Program-made: the position numbers and the translations under genes
Source: Chiloscyllium plagiosum
Lineage: Eukaryota
DNA length: 61,858 bases
Reading direction: 5' to 3'
NCBI RefSeq assembly: GCF_004010195.1
Contig: NC_057719.1
Span: 13,750,731-13,812,588, forward strand
The notes under the pieces: model-generated
Told to the model about the DNA's origin: nothing
Database searches by the model: none
What the model saw: only the letters and a program-made list of their open reading frames with translations
In this document: piece by piece, positions 51,037 to 61,858 of the stretch
How the letters are laid out: each line of letters begins with the position of its first letter
How positions within the stretch are numbered: position 1 is the stretch's first letter

Positions 51037-51057
51037 TGATTTTTTTTTATTATGTAG

Positions 51058-51686
51058 ATTCATAGAATCACTACTGTGTGAAAACAGGCCCTTTGGCCCA
51101 GCAAGTCCACATCAACTCTCCAAAGAGTATCCCACCCAGACCCACACCCCCCCTATTGTGGGCGGCATGGCGGCACAGTGGTTAGCACTGCTGCCTCACA
51201 GCACCATGAGACTGGGTTCAATTCCTGTCTTAGGTGACTGTCTGTGTGGAGTTTGCACATTCTCCTCATGTCTGTGTGGGTTTGCTCCAATTTCCTCCCA
51301 CAGTCCAAAAATGTGCAGGTTAGGTGATTTGGCCATGCTAAATTGCCTGTAGTGTTAGGTGTAGGGGAATGGGTGGGTTGCGCTTTGGTGGGTTGGTGTG
51401 GACTTGTTGGGCCTGTTTCCACACTGTGAGTAATCTAACCTATTACTTTACATTTACCCATGACCATTGCACCTAACCTACACATCCCTGAACACTATGA
51501 GTAATTTAGCATGGCCAATTCACCTCACCTGCACATTTTGGACTGTGGGAGGAAACCAGAGCAAACTCACACAGACACAGGGAGAATGTGCAAACTCCAC
51601 ACAGACAGTCACCCGAGACTGGAATCAAACCCGGGTCCCTGGTGCAGTGAGGCAGCAGTGCTAACCAATGATACACCCTGCCACCC
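51058..51686 (-). mobile_element. HE1-type SINE interrupted by an opposite-strand HE1 copy (51160-51438)
   Basis: cctatt duplicated at 51152-57 and 51439-44 around the inner copy. Confidence 0.9.
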
Positions 51687-52889
51687 TAATTCTAATTCTT
51701 TAATCTGTGGAATGAGATGTTAATGTAAATCAACTGGTTGTATAAACAGTGATATATGCAGATTGAACAACCTGAGAAGGAGGATGAGAGAGATGGAGCA
51801 CTTAGTATTTAGGGAGACATGGCTCTAATGAAAACTATAATAATGTATAGAGAGTGAATAAAGAATTGGATTTATTTACTGTGCTATGTTCAGACTGCTG
51901 CTAAAGTAGACCAAGTATGTTTTTTTACCAACCAAAGCAGTGTTAAGGGACAAACCGAGATTGACATAAAATGCAGAGGGTAATGGTCACCTTAATCCAA
52001 AATCGCAAAGAGGTTTTGGTAAGCTAGGGCTTGGTGTCAAATTGTGTTTGGTAACACTTCTGTGAAACATCTTTAGACTTTTCACTATGTTAAAGGCATT
52101 ATAGAACTGCAGATTTTTATTGTTATGAACTACATTTATCCAATTGCAGGATGAATCATAAAGGTTTTCAATTCCTAGAACAAGTCACATTAAAACAAAT
52201 GTGTAACTAACTAGTGAAAATGCTTCTACTGTACTGCCTTAACTTTCTAGAGGACAATGGTTCCAGTAAGTTACATGGACAACTCTGGAAAATGAAGAAC
52301 CAAAATGGAAAGTGCTGGAAAATGGGTTTGGAATAGTTAGGCGGTTGTTTTTGACTGGTGTAAACGCGATGGGCCAAAAGGCATTATTCAGTGCCATAGA
52401 CCGTAATGAATCTGTGACTCTGTGGACTCATGACTGGCAAAAGGAACTTCATACCCCAAAGTGTCACCACAAAAGTGGCTCATGGGAATGGACCTCAGCA
52501 CAACCATTTATAGTTCCTTCACTAATTATATTCCCTCTGCACAGAGGTTTCATTCACAATCCTTTTTAATAATAAAGCAACTCATTCCAGCCAGCGTCAG
52601 GACTGGGATAACATTCAGGTTTGTGCTGACAAACAGCAGGTAATATTAATGGTACACAGGCACACAGTAATGACCACCTTAAACAAAAGAAAGTCTAATC
52701 ATCTCCCTTGAGCTTTTAAAAGACCACCATCATTGCGCACGCCTCACCACCAACTTGAGGTTCACCGTTGAAATTAGTCTGAATTGGTCTAATGCATCAT
52801 CATTCTGGCTGCAGGAATAGGGCAGTGAATGGGAATCAAACCCTCTTGTCCATCACTCATTCAGATAGCTTTTGCAAGGTGAATGAGGA

Positions 52890-53195
52890 AGTGTGGTGTT
52901 AGTGGTAATGTCACTGGAGTAGTAGTCCAGAAACCTGGATTAATGCCAAGGGTTATGGGTTCAAATCCTGCCATGGCAGATACAATTTGAATTGAGTGAT
53001 ATTCCAGCCCAATGGTAACCATTACTGTAAAAGCCCATCCTGCTTTGCTAATTCCCTTTAGGGAAGGAAATCTGCCATCTTTACCTGACCTGTGACTCCA
53101 AACCCACAGCAATGTGGCCACCTCTTGGTTAATTAGGTGTGGGCAATAAATATTGGCCTCCTTATTGATATGCTCATGCAATGAACAAATTATAA
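52890..53195 (+). mobile_element. Second tRNA-SINE family copy
   Basis: gggttcaaatcc B-box; matches 27585-27930. Confidence 0.75.
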
Positions 53196-53249
53196 CAAAG
53201 GAATGCACATTGTTCTTCATCATGGTGTACTCTCCATCTGATAAGATGT

Positions 53250-54940
53250 GCTACCACCATTCTGTTTCTTTGTTAAGATCAACGCGGTCTGCTTGTTTTA
53301 GTGGGAAGCCACTTGCTAGTCTAATGATAAAAAGGCTTGACTTCTCTGAAAGAACATGTGGCTTTCTTCATGGAAGTCAACTATATACAAGTTACATTGC
53401 TGTAATAGACATTTTTGCATTGAGCAATAGGAAGTCTCAGGTGCTGAGTACTGCTCCTTTGAGACCTTTAGCTGGTCCCCGACACAATGTCTTTATGACA
53501 TCACATTATGGGTGATACTTAAAAAACTCCTCGGCATTAAAACTTTCAGTCCCCACACCTCAAAGAGCTCTTTTTCTCCCATTGTGAATATTTGAACATT
53601 TGTGTGTAATTATCTCCGATCCTCTACCCCCATGGCTCTGTCTTCACACATTCATTTGGTCTGGAATTTACATTAATCACCTACAATGTATTCTTTTCAA
53701 ACATGGAAGATTTGTAGATTTCTGAGTTGTTAACCTTGACTCTGTTCTTTGTGAGGGCTGTAAGATCCATTAAAACAGAGGACCTGTTACCCCTGGGGGC
53801 TGTCTCCCAGGAAGGACGTAAATCCTGCTGGGAACAAGTGGATGCTCCATTGTAATGTCTGGAGGATACTGAGTAACTTGCTTTGCGGAGAATACCTGCT
53901 CTGTTGAAGCAAGCACTTTTCTTCTTGCAGAACCCTGCATTTCCAGACCAGTACAGTGGATGTCCCAAAGAGGCAATTTGTTCTTCATTGCCTCTTGTGT
54001 CTGTGGACATTTGTCCTCCTGTCTCAGCATTGGTTTCCAGGGTATCCATACAGCACAACTTCAATCTGTGCCAGCAAATTGCTGTTTGGTAGCTGTCAGT
54101 ATATCTGTGCTGAAATATCTAAACTCTTCTCTCGTTACCTTAACTTGGATGCTTTCATTTGCTTTTGTCAATTGTAGCATTGGTGAACCCAAAATGTTCA
54201 TTTCTTCAGTCAGACAGGTCTACTTTTCATGGCCAATGTCACTGGTATTGAGGATTCTTCTTGGGAGGATAAAGTAATAACATTTTCTGCATAAACTTGT
54301 GGCTCCTTGATGTCTAATATCAGATTTAAATCTGTTATGTTTGAACTGTATGTTCACCAAGCCACGTTGTACCCTGATTCAACCAATTAAAGGTTTGTCA
54401 GTTAACTCCAGTGGATATACAGCTTATTGGCTACCTGATTGCTTGAGTTGTCCTGCAAGCTGTGCTGATTTTTGCAAACAGACTCACTTTAGTGTTGCCA
54501 GCAGTGGAAAAATGTTTTTGCCAGTCCAGCATATTTCCATCTTGCTGATAGTATGATATAAATTCCTTCTGCCGCTGCAGCTAATCTCCATGTATTCTGT
54601 GTTTTGTTGGGATCTTCCATGAATCTCATGAGCCCTGTGAAATCTTCTGCCTGTTCTTCTTGCTCCACAGTATTGACAATACCTGGCATTTGTCTTACTC
54701 ACTGCACCATTTTCTAATGTGAGTCTTTAGGCTTTGTTTATCATAAGAACTAAATGGATTCTGCTGATCTCTTGTGATAAGGCTGACCCTCTCCTTTTAG
54801 GTTTGATGTGTCCTACTTCTGGACTTCTACTTCATTAACCATCTAAATAGCTTTTTCCAAAGTCAAATCTTCCTTAGGCTGTGATAAATCTGACAACGTT
54901 TCATCTGCAATTCCAACAGCAATTCTGTTTTCACGAAAAA
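53250..54940 (-). mobile_element. Highly decayed Ty3/Gypsy-like internal remnant (gag, RNase H end, integrase)
   Basis: RENRIAVGIADETLSDLSQPKEDLTLEKAI (54846-54935), CQYCG, LELTDKPLIG, frameshifted GLE/KCR and EHPLVPS...DLCFNG. Confidence 0.6.
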
Positions 54941-55374
54941 AGAAGAAGGGTCTGAAGGAAAGGTCACTGCCAACTGAACCGTCATGCTAACCTTAAAATA
55001 ACCCTGAATGAGGACTTTGTGCTGCAGAATTTCTGAAGCCTTGGCTCTTTTAAAAAATAGTTAATGCCTCTATTCTTCCTATCAAAATGCTTATCTCATA
55101 CTTTCACACATTGTATTCCATCTGCTGTGTCTTTGCCCATTATCCTGACCTATCTAAGTTCTTCTGCAGCCTCCCACATCCTCATAACAACCTGGCCCTC
55201 CACCTATCTTGGTGTGATCTGCAAATTTAGCAACAATGCCCCCAGTTCTTTTATCCAGACCGATAATGTATAATGTTACAGTCCCAACACAGAGCCCTAC
55301 AAACTCCACTAGTCACCATTTACCACCAGAAAAATAACCTCTTTTATTCCTACTTGCTGCCTTCTGTCAGTATG

Positions 55375-55518
55375 GAAATGTGTTGCTGGAAAAGCGCAGC
55401 AGGTCAGGCAGCATCTAGGGAACAGGAGAATCGACGTTTCGGGCATTAGCCCTTCTGCGCTTTTCCAGCAACACATTTCCATCTCTGATCTCCAGCATCT
55501 GCAGACCTCACTTTCTCC
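55375..55518. mobile_element. 144-bp PLE-derived palindromic insertion (family A)
   Basis: Perfect 16-bp TSD gccttctgtcagtatg (55359-74, 55519-34). Confidence 0.9.
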
Positions 55519-55784
55519 GCCTTCTGTCAGTATGCCAATTATCGATCCATGCCAGTACCTTCTCTTATTTAGCAGCCTGCTGTGTGACAGGTGTGTGCTA
55601 CCTTGTTAAAGTCCTTCTGGAAATCCAAACAGGTCATGTCCACTGGCTCTCCTTTATCTAACTTGTTCATTACTTTGTCAAAGAACTCTAACAGATTTGT
55701 CAGGCATGATGTTCCCTTGACGAAGCCATGTAGACTCAGCCCTATTTTACCATGCACTTCCAATACTCTACAATCTCATCCTTA

Positions 55785-56149
55785 TGGAGGAAGTGAGGAC
55801 TGCAGATGCTGGAGACCAGAGTTGAAAAATGTGGTGCTGGAAAAACACAGCAGGCATGGGAGCATCCGAGGAGCAGGAGAATCGACGTTTCAGGCATAAG
55901 CCCTTCTTCAGGAATGAGGCTGGTGTGCCAGGTGGCCTGAGATAAAAGGTAGTGGGGAGGGAATTTGGGGGAGGGGTTCTGGGAATACAATAGGTGGAAG
56001 GTGGTGAGGGTGAGGGTGATAGGCCGGAGAGGGGGTGGGCACGGAGAGGTCAGGAAGAAGATTGCAGGTCAAGAGGGCGGCGCTGAATCTGGGGGTTGGG
56101 ACTGAGATAAGGTGGGGGGAGGGGAAATGAGGAAGCTGGAGAAATCTAC
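55785..56149 (-). mobile_element. 365-bp PLE 3' end (family A variant); hammerhead core 55884-55911
   Basis: 12-bp TSD atctcatcctta (55773-84, 56150-61). Its 5' end translates VDFSSFLISPPP, resembling the PLE endonuclease C-terminus. Confidence 0.85.
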
Positions 56150-56206
56150 ATCTCATCCTTAATAATGGATTTTAAAATCTTATCAATGACTGAGGTCAGG
56201 CTAACC

Positions 56207-57150
56207 CTAAAGTCCTATCCATAGCAGTGGTTTTGTGATTTACGCGGTCTCTGGTCCCAGCATGATTCAGACGGAACTCGTCCCATCAGAACAGCTCCCT
56301 CCTTCCCCAGTACTGGTGCCAATGTCTGATGAATTCGGACCCATTTCTCCCACACCAACCTTTCAGTCACACATTTACCTCTTTATTGACCCTGTGATAA
56401 TTTGCTCATGGCTCAGGTAATAATCCAGAAATTATTCCTTTTTGGTTCTGCTTTGTAAGTTGGCCCTTGTTGCTCATATTCCCTCAGCAGAACCTCGTTC
56501 CTCTTTCTGCCTGTATTATCGGTATCTATATGGACCACGACAACTGGATCTTTTCCCTCTCATTCCCTCTGCAGCCCAGATGAGAGATCCTGAACCCAGA
56601 CACTAGGCAGGCAACACAGCCTTTGGGACTCTCGAGCCTGGCCACAGAGAACAGTGTCTCTTCCCCTGACTATACTATCCCGATTACAGCAAATTTCCTC
56701 TTTTTTCCCCCCCCCCTCTTGAATGGCTCCCTGTACCATGGTGCGAAGGTCAGTTTGCTCATCCTCCCTAAAGCCCCCATTCTCATCCACATGGGGAAAA
56801 AGAATCTAAATCTGGTGGACAAGCTCAAGGGCTGAGGCTCCTTCGGCACTACCTCCTGGATCCCCCTACCTGCCTCGCTCATAGTCACACCCTCCTGTCC
56901 CTGACCAATGACTGAATTCGAGGTAGTTAACCTAAAGGGTGTGACTGCTTTCTGAAACACAGCGTCCAGGTAACTCTCCCCTCCCTGCTACGCTGCAGTG
57001 TTCGAAGCTCAGACTCCAGCTCATTGATTCCGACCCCGAGTTCCTCAAGCAACCAAATGTGCTACAAATGTGGTCACTATGAACCACAATGGGGTCCACC
57101 AGCTCCCACAACATGTAGTTGCAACACATTGCCTGGCCCGGCATCTCTAT
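56207..57150 (-). pseudogene. CR1 ORF1 remnant (Cys-rich N-terminus plus SGNH/GDSL esterase domain)
   Basis: AMCCNYMLWE...HICS; DSIVRGRDTVLCGQARESQRLCCLPS(VWV)QD across frameshifts. Confidence 0.8.
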
Positions 57151-58019
57151 TTTCATTACCTGGTTCTTCATTTGATTTTTAAATTTTTTTATTTTTTTTT
57201 AGTTGGTAATCTGTAAATATTTCCCCAATTTACCTTCAATTTAACCTATATTAGTATCGATCACCAACCAGTGAAATTATGGTTTACCTGTGATATCACT
57301 CTTTTGTGCTAGGCCCCTGATTCTGGATTTCACTTTATCCTGTTTTAAAAAAGCAAGTAAAAGCCATCTCTTCTCCTCCGCACTGAGTTCTCATAATACC
57401 TCTGAATTCCCCAAACTCGTATTCATTCAGGTTGTGTCTCACTTTGAATGTGATCTCTCCTTCCTGACTGTGTGCAGCTTACTGATCCTCCTACCTGTAG
57501 TTTTTAAGCTGAATTCTACCATCTCTAACAGTTTTCTACAGATGTTTCACATTGTCACAGCATTTCCACTAAAACCTGTTACTTTGATAAAGACTTCCAT
57601 TTACTTAATCAGCTACTCCAGTTGAAACCAAATTTTTTGTGGCCTTAAATTGTTCTTGTCTTAACTACAGCTTCAATTATTGCAACCATTCCTTTTATCT
57701 TCTTCTGTTAGACTCATCTGCTCAGGCTTCTAAATTTCTCCTTTATCACTTAAATTCTGACTTTGCAACAATCCCTGTGCTGCTGAATTCTCTTACCCAT
57801 GATTCACCTGCTGACTGTATCTTGTGGTTTCTGCTCACATGCTTGCTCTGAGCTGTAAACACTTTGTAATTCATTCTTGGTTTTTCAGCCTGTAAGTATA
57901 CTGATTTTGAAAAAGTATTCCCTTTGCCTATTAGGGACTTAAACATTACTCACAGAGCATCAATTTTCTGTTTGTTCCCTGGCTGAATATTTCATCCGGA
58001 TTGCTCCAATCCTTGATGA

Positions 58020-58222
58020 GTCAGTTAGCTCAGTTGAATGTACAGCTAGCCTGTGAAGCAGAGTGATACTTACAGTGTATCATCTGAGGTTACCACCACA
58101 GTCCCGTCTTCTCAATCTCTCCTGTTGCCTGAGGCGTGATGATCCTCAGTATAAAATGCCACCAGTCATTGAAGTCAAATGAGAGGTCAGCCCTCTGGTC
58201 CTCAGGGGCTATGGCACTTTTA
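58020..58222 (+). mobile_element. Third tRNA-SINE family (other copies ~24765-24870 and ~60885-61025, minus)
   Basis: ttagctcagttg A-box and a shared cctgaggcgtgatgatcctcag core in three places. Confidence 0.6.
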
Positions 58223-58325
58223 TTCATCTAACTGCTAGGTGCCAGCTCCATATAGCTTCTGGCTCACATTTGCTTCTGTGCTTCTCTTACCAGGTCTGAA
58301 ATATTTATACAATTGACTATAGATT

Positions 58326-58647
58326 GGGCAGCATGGTGGTTCAGTGGTTAGCACTGCTGCCTCACAGCTCCAGAGACTTGGGTTCGATTCCAGCCTTGGC
58401 CGACTGTCTGTTTGGAGTTTGCACGTTCTCCCCGTGTCTACGTGAGTTTCCTCCGGGTGCTCCAGTTTCCTCCCACAATCCAAAAATGTGCAGATCAGAT
58501 GAATTGGCCATGTTAAATTGCCCATAGTGTTTGGTATATTAGTCAGAGTTAAATGTAGGGGAATGGGTTACTCTTCGGAGGGTCGGTGTGGACTTGTTGG
58601 GCTGAAGGGCCTGTTTCCACATTGTAGGGAAACTAATCTAATCTAGA
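58326..58647 (+). mobile_element. HE1-type SINE
   Basis: A/B boxes and ctaatctaatcta tail. Confidence 0.9.
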
Positions 58648-59334
58648 TCATCCCTTGATGAGTCTAATAAATATCAGGCCAGCCAACGTGGCCCACATTC
58701 CTTGAAAGAATAAAGTAAAAGAGGGATCCAGACAGAATAAATAGAGAAAAACTGTTCCTGTTAGTGAATGGGTCAATAAGCAGAGGGCACACATTTAAGG
58801 TAATTATGTACAACATCTGTAAATCAGGTGTGGTTGGAAGTCTGGAGTGCACCACCTGTGAGTATGGCTTAGGATGATTCAACTGAGACTCTCAAAAAGA
58901 AATTGGATGATTATTAGGAGAGAAACATTTTCAGGCCTAGGGTGAATAGGCAGAAAATTGTAACGAGGTGGGTTTATCGCTCAGATAGCCAGCATGGATG
59001 TGACAATCTAAATGGAATCCTTCTGTGTGATAACCAATCAATGATTCTATGACAGAACATGATAATTTGACCAAGGTTACTTTAACAACAACCCCCCCAC
59101 CCTACCTACTTATCCAAAATTCCTCCAACACCAAAGAGACAGGGGCAATCGTGCTGTGGGAAAACCTTTATCTGCAAGGTTCTTTCTGAAGTCACACACA
59201 TGGTTATATATTACTGGTCATGGAGGTTTCCTACTCAACACCATTGTGGATGCGCCATCATAATATTGCAGTACCTCCTTCAAAAAGCTGCTCCCCACTT
59301 TCTAAGAGAAATTGGGGATGTAATTAGAACATTG

Positions 59335-60130
59335 AACATTGTGGGTCAAAAGGCTCAATCCTGTGCTGTACTGTTCTCTGTTCTATGTTCTAATACACAA
59401 AATTGTGCTGATCATAACGTCAAATGAAACCAATCCCTTGTGCCTGCCTTTGGTCCATATTCCTCCATTCCTTGCATACTTTTGAGCTTATCTAAAAGTC
59501 CCTGAAATGGCCCTATTACATCTGCCCCCACGACTACCCCTTGCAGGGCAGTTCTGACTCCTACCACTCTTTGTGTAAAAAACTTGCCCCTCACATGTCC
59601 TTTGAACTTCCCCCCACCCCCCTCACCTTAAATCCATGCCACCTACTATTAGACATTTCAACTGTGGGTAAAAGATTCTGACTGTCAGCCCTATCTATGC
59701 ATCTTACAATTTGAGAGACTTCTGTCAAGTCTTCCCCAGCCTCTGCTGCTCCGGAGAAAACAACCTGTGTTTTTCCAGCCTCTCTTTATAGCCCGTACCC
59801 TCTAATCCAGGCAGCACCCTGGTAAATCTGTTCTACATCCTCTTCACATCCTTTTTGTAATGTGGTGTCCAGAATTGAGCACAATACTCAAAGTGTGTTC
59901 TCACCAAGATCTTATAAAGCTGCAATACCACATCCTGATTCTTGTATTGAATTCCCCAACCAATAAAAGCAAGCATGCCACATGCCTTCTTTACCACCCT
60001 ATCTACTTGAGTTGCCAATTTTAGGGAACTATGGACTTGAACCCCAAGATCCCTCTATACTTCAATGCTGTTCAGGGTCCTGCCATTAACTGTATACTTT
60101 TCCTTCACATTTGGTCTCCCAAAGTGCAGA
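59335..60130 (-). mobile_element. CR1 3' fragment
   Basis: ORFs 59833-60018 (LYKILVRTHFEYCAQFW) and 59412-59594. Confidence 0.85.
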
Positions 60131-61639
60131 ATGTGAGTCTGCACTTCCTATGCCCAATGGCCTTGCTGGGATATAATTTCAGAGTGTTCTTAAAGAGGTC
60201 ATTCCATACGTATATCACATACATATCTCAAAGGGTTAAGAGTGCCTTTAAGGAAGCAGAAATGGAAAAAAGGTAGAGTAAATAATTTGCAAGGTGGAGT
60301 GACATATCTGTTTATGTGATTAACAAATGGCAGGGAATGCACAGCAGTAGATATGGGATCCACAGAGCAGGGTTTTGTGAATTTAAATAAGAACACTCTG
60401 AAAAATGACTGCCAGTATCACAGTGTGGCTTCTGCTCAGAAAACCATTTACAATCTGAAATTTAATTTGAATAAGTAATACCAGTTCTGTACAGCTGCAT
60501 TTTGATAAGCACACAACTGTGCTGCCAAGAGATTTGGAGTTTTGTTCAGGATTATTCATGGATCACTTATGAACTGTGCTTAAAAAATTGCACCTCAGAC
60601 CATTTGCAGCCTTTCATTCTGCAACAGTGTCGAAATGAAAACCATTTGAAACATTTCACTCATGTGTACGGTAACAAGAACAAATGAGCTTTCACAAGAA
60701 GACACTGATTAGGTAGTAACAGCAGAGTTAAAGCATGGAATGAGAAAGATCTATTCAAGCTGTCAAGCCTAGTCTTCCAGTAGACTGTGTATTAACTGTA
60801 TTTATTTAACATTCTGAGGAAGATAAACAACTGCAAATATATTTTGGGGGGAAGAATGGAGAAATAGCTCTATCAAAGCAAAGGTAAAGCTACCATAGTC
60901 CTACTGACCATAAGGTTACCCTCTCATTAGAGAGAGAAAGATGACTGATGGTGACATCAACCTGAGGCTCGCCGTGCCTCAAGCAAGCGGAGAAGGAGAG
61001 TCCTTCATCGTGACCTCAGCCTAGGTGAGAATGTCTCTGTACCACCAAAACAATGGAGTGAAGCCATTTCATAGGAGTAGGGCTATTCATTCAATTAGAC
61101 TGTGGCTGCTTTGTATCTGAATTTACTCACTGGTTCCATATTCCTTTATATCTGTAACAAACATGAATCGATCAGTTTCAATGGCAAAACATTTCAACTG
61201 ATCTGAACTCAATAGTTTTCTGTGGAGGGTTCCAGATGACCACTGCCTTAACAAGGCATAAGCCAACTTGTAATACCATAACATACAGGAGCAGAATTAG
61301 GCCATTCGGCCCATCAAGTCTGCTCTGCCATTCCATCATGGCTGATAGGTTTTGCAGCACCATTCTCCTGCCTTCTATTAATAACTCTTGACTCCCTTAC
61401 TAATCATCAACCTAACCATCTCTGTCTTAAATACACTCAATGACTTGCTCCCCACAGCCTTCTGCAGCAAGGTGAATTATTCAACTGTGTCTGAACATTT
61501 TCTGATAATGACATCTCAACTGAGTCTAGTTCTTTTTGCAGTCATAGTCATTGTCATCCAATGGCTGTTGTGCCATCCCCCAGCCCATCTCACCATGCAT
61601 CCTTCCCAGAACAACTCATGACTCAGCAGATATCTTAGC

Positions 61640-61858
61640 ATTAAAAATGTGTTGCTGGAAAAACGCAGCAGGTCAGGCAGCATCCAAGGAACAGGAGAAT
61701 CGACGTTTCGAGCATAAGCCCTTCTTCAGGAATGAGGAAAGTGTGTCCAGCAGGCTACGATAAAAGGTAGGGAGGAGGGACTTGGGGGAGGGGCGTTGGA
61801 AATGCGATAGGTGGAGGGAGGTCAAGGTGAGGGTGATAGGCCGGAGTGGGGGTGGGGG
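61640..61858 (-). mobile_element. PLE terminus (family A) running off the window; hammerhead core 61702-61729
   Basis: Near-identical to 14518-14715. Confidence 0.9.

Larger units (their letters stand above)
55070..56206 (-). mobile_element. CR1 RT fragment hosting two PLE insertions
   Basis: ORF 55569-55763 HGFVKGTSCLTNLLEFF...LDFQKDFNKV. Confidence 0.85.

Noticed and set aside
53681..54064. 127-aa ORF as a host gene
   Set aside because: It lies within the frameshifted Gypsy-like integrase remnant.

Overview
Repeat-dense, non-coding vertebrate DNA. The repeat content (HE1-type tRNA-derived SINEs, HER1/CR1 LINEs, Rex1, RTE, L2, Penelope-like elements) points to a cartilaginous fish, probably a carpet or bamboo shark; that assignment is inference from recalled repeat consensi. 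No host protein-coding exon could be recognised, and the recognisable ORFs in the track are retroelement debris. The most striking structure is a dense population (more than 20 copies, at least 5 sequence families) of short Penelope-like (PLE) terminal insertions carrying minimal hammerhead-ribozyme cores. Eleven of them are asymmetric fold-back palindromes with 9-16 bp target-site duplications (TSDs), and their breakpoints cluster at the ribozyme. Other notable items: two local inverted duplications (10624-11470 and 33420-33588/35280-35704), a 50-bp perfect direct repeat, probable solo LTRs, a Tigger-like MITE, a 5'-intact but 3'-deleted RTE, a CR1 ORF1 (esterase) remnant, a decayed Gypsy remnant lacking protease/RT, and repeat-free blocks that look like conserved enhancers. 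Two assembly gaps (29150-29175, 31311-32015) sit in or next to PLE sequence. Boundaries of old repeats are approximate and family names were not confirmed by a database search.
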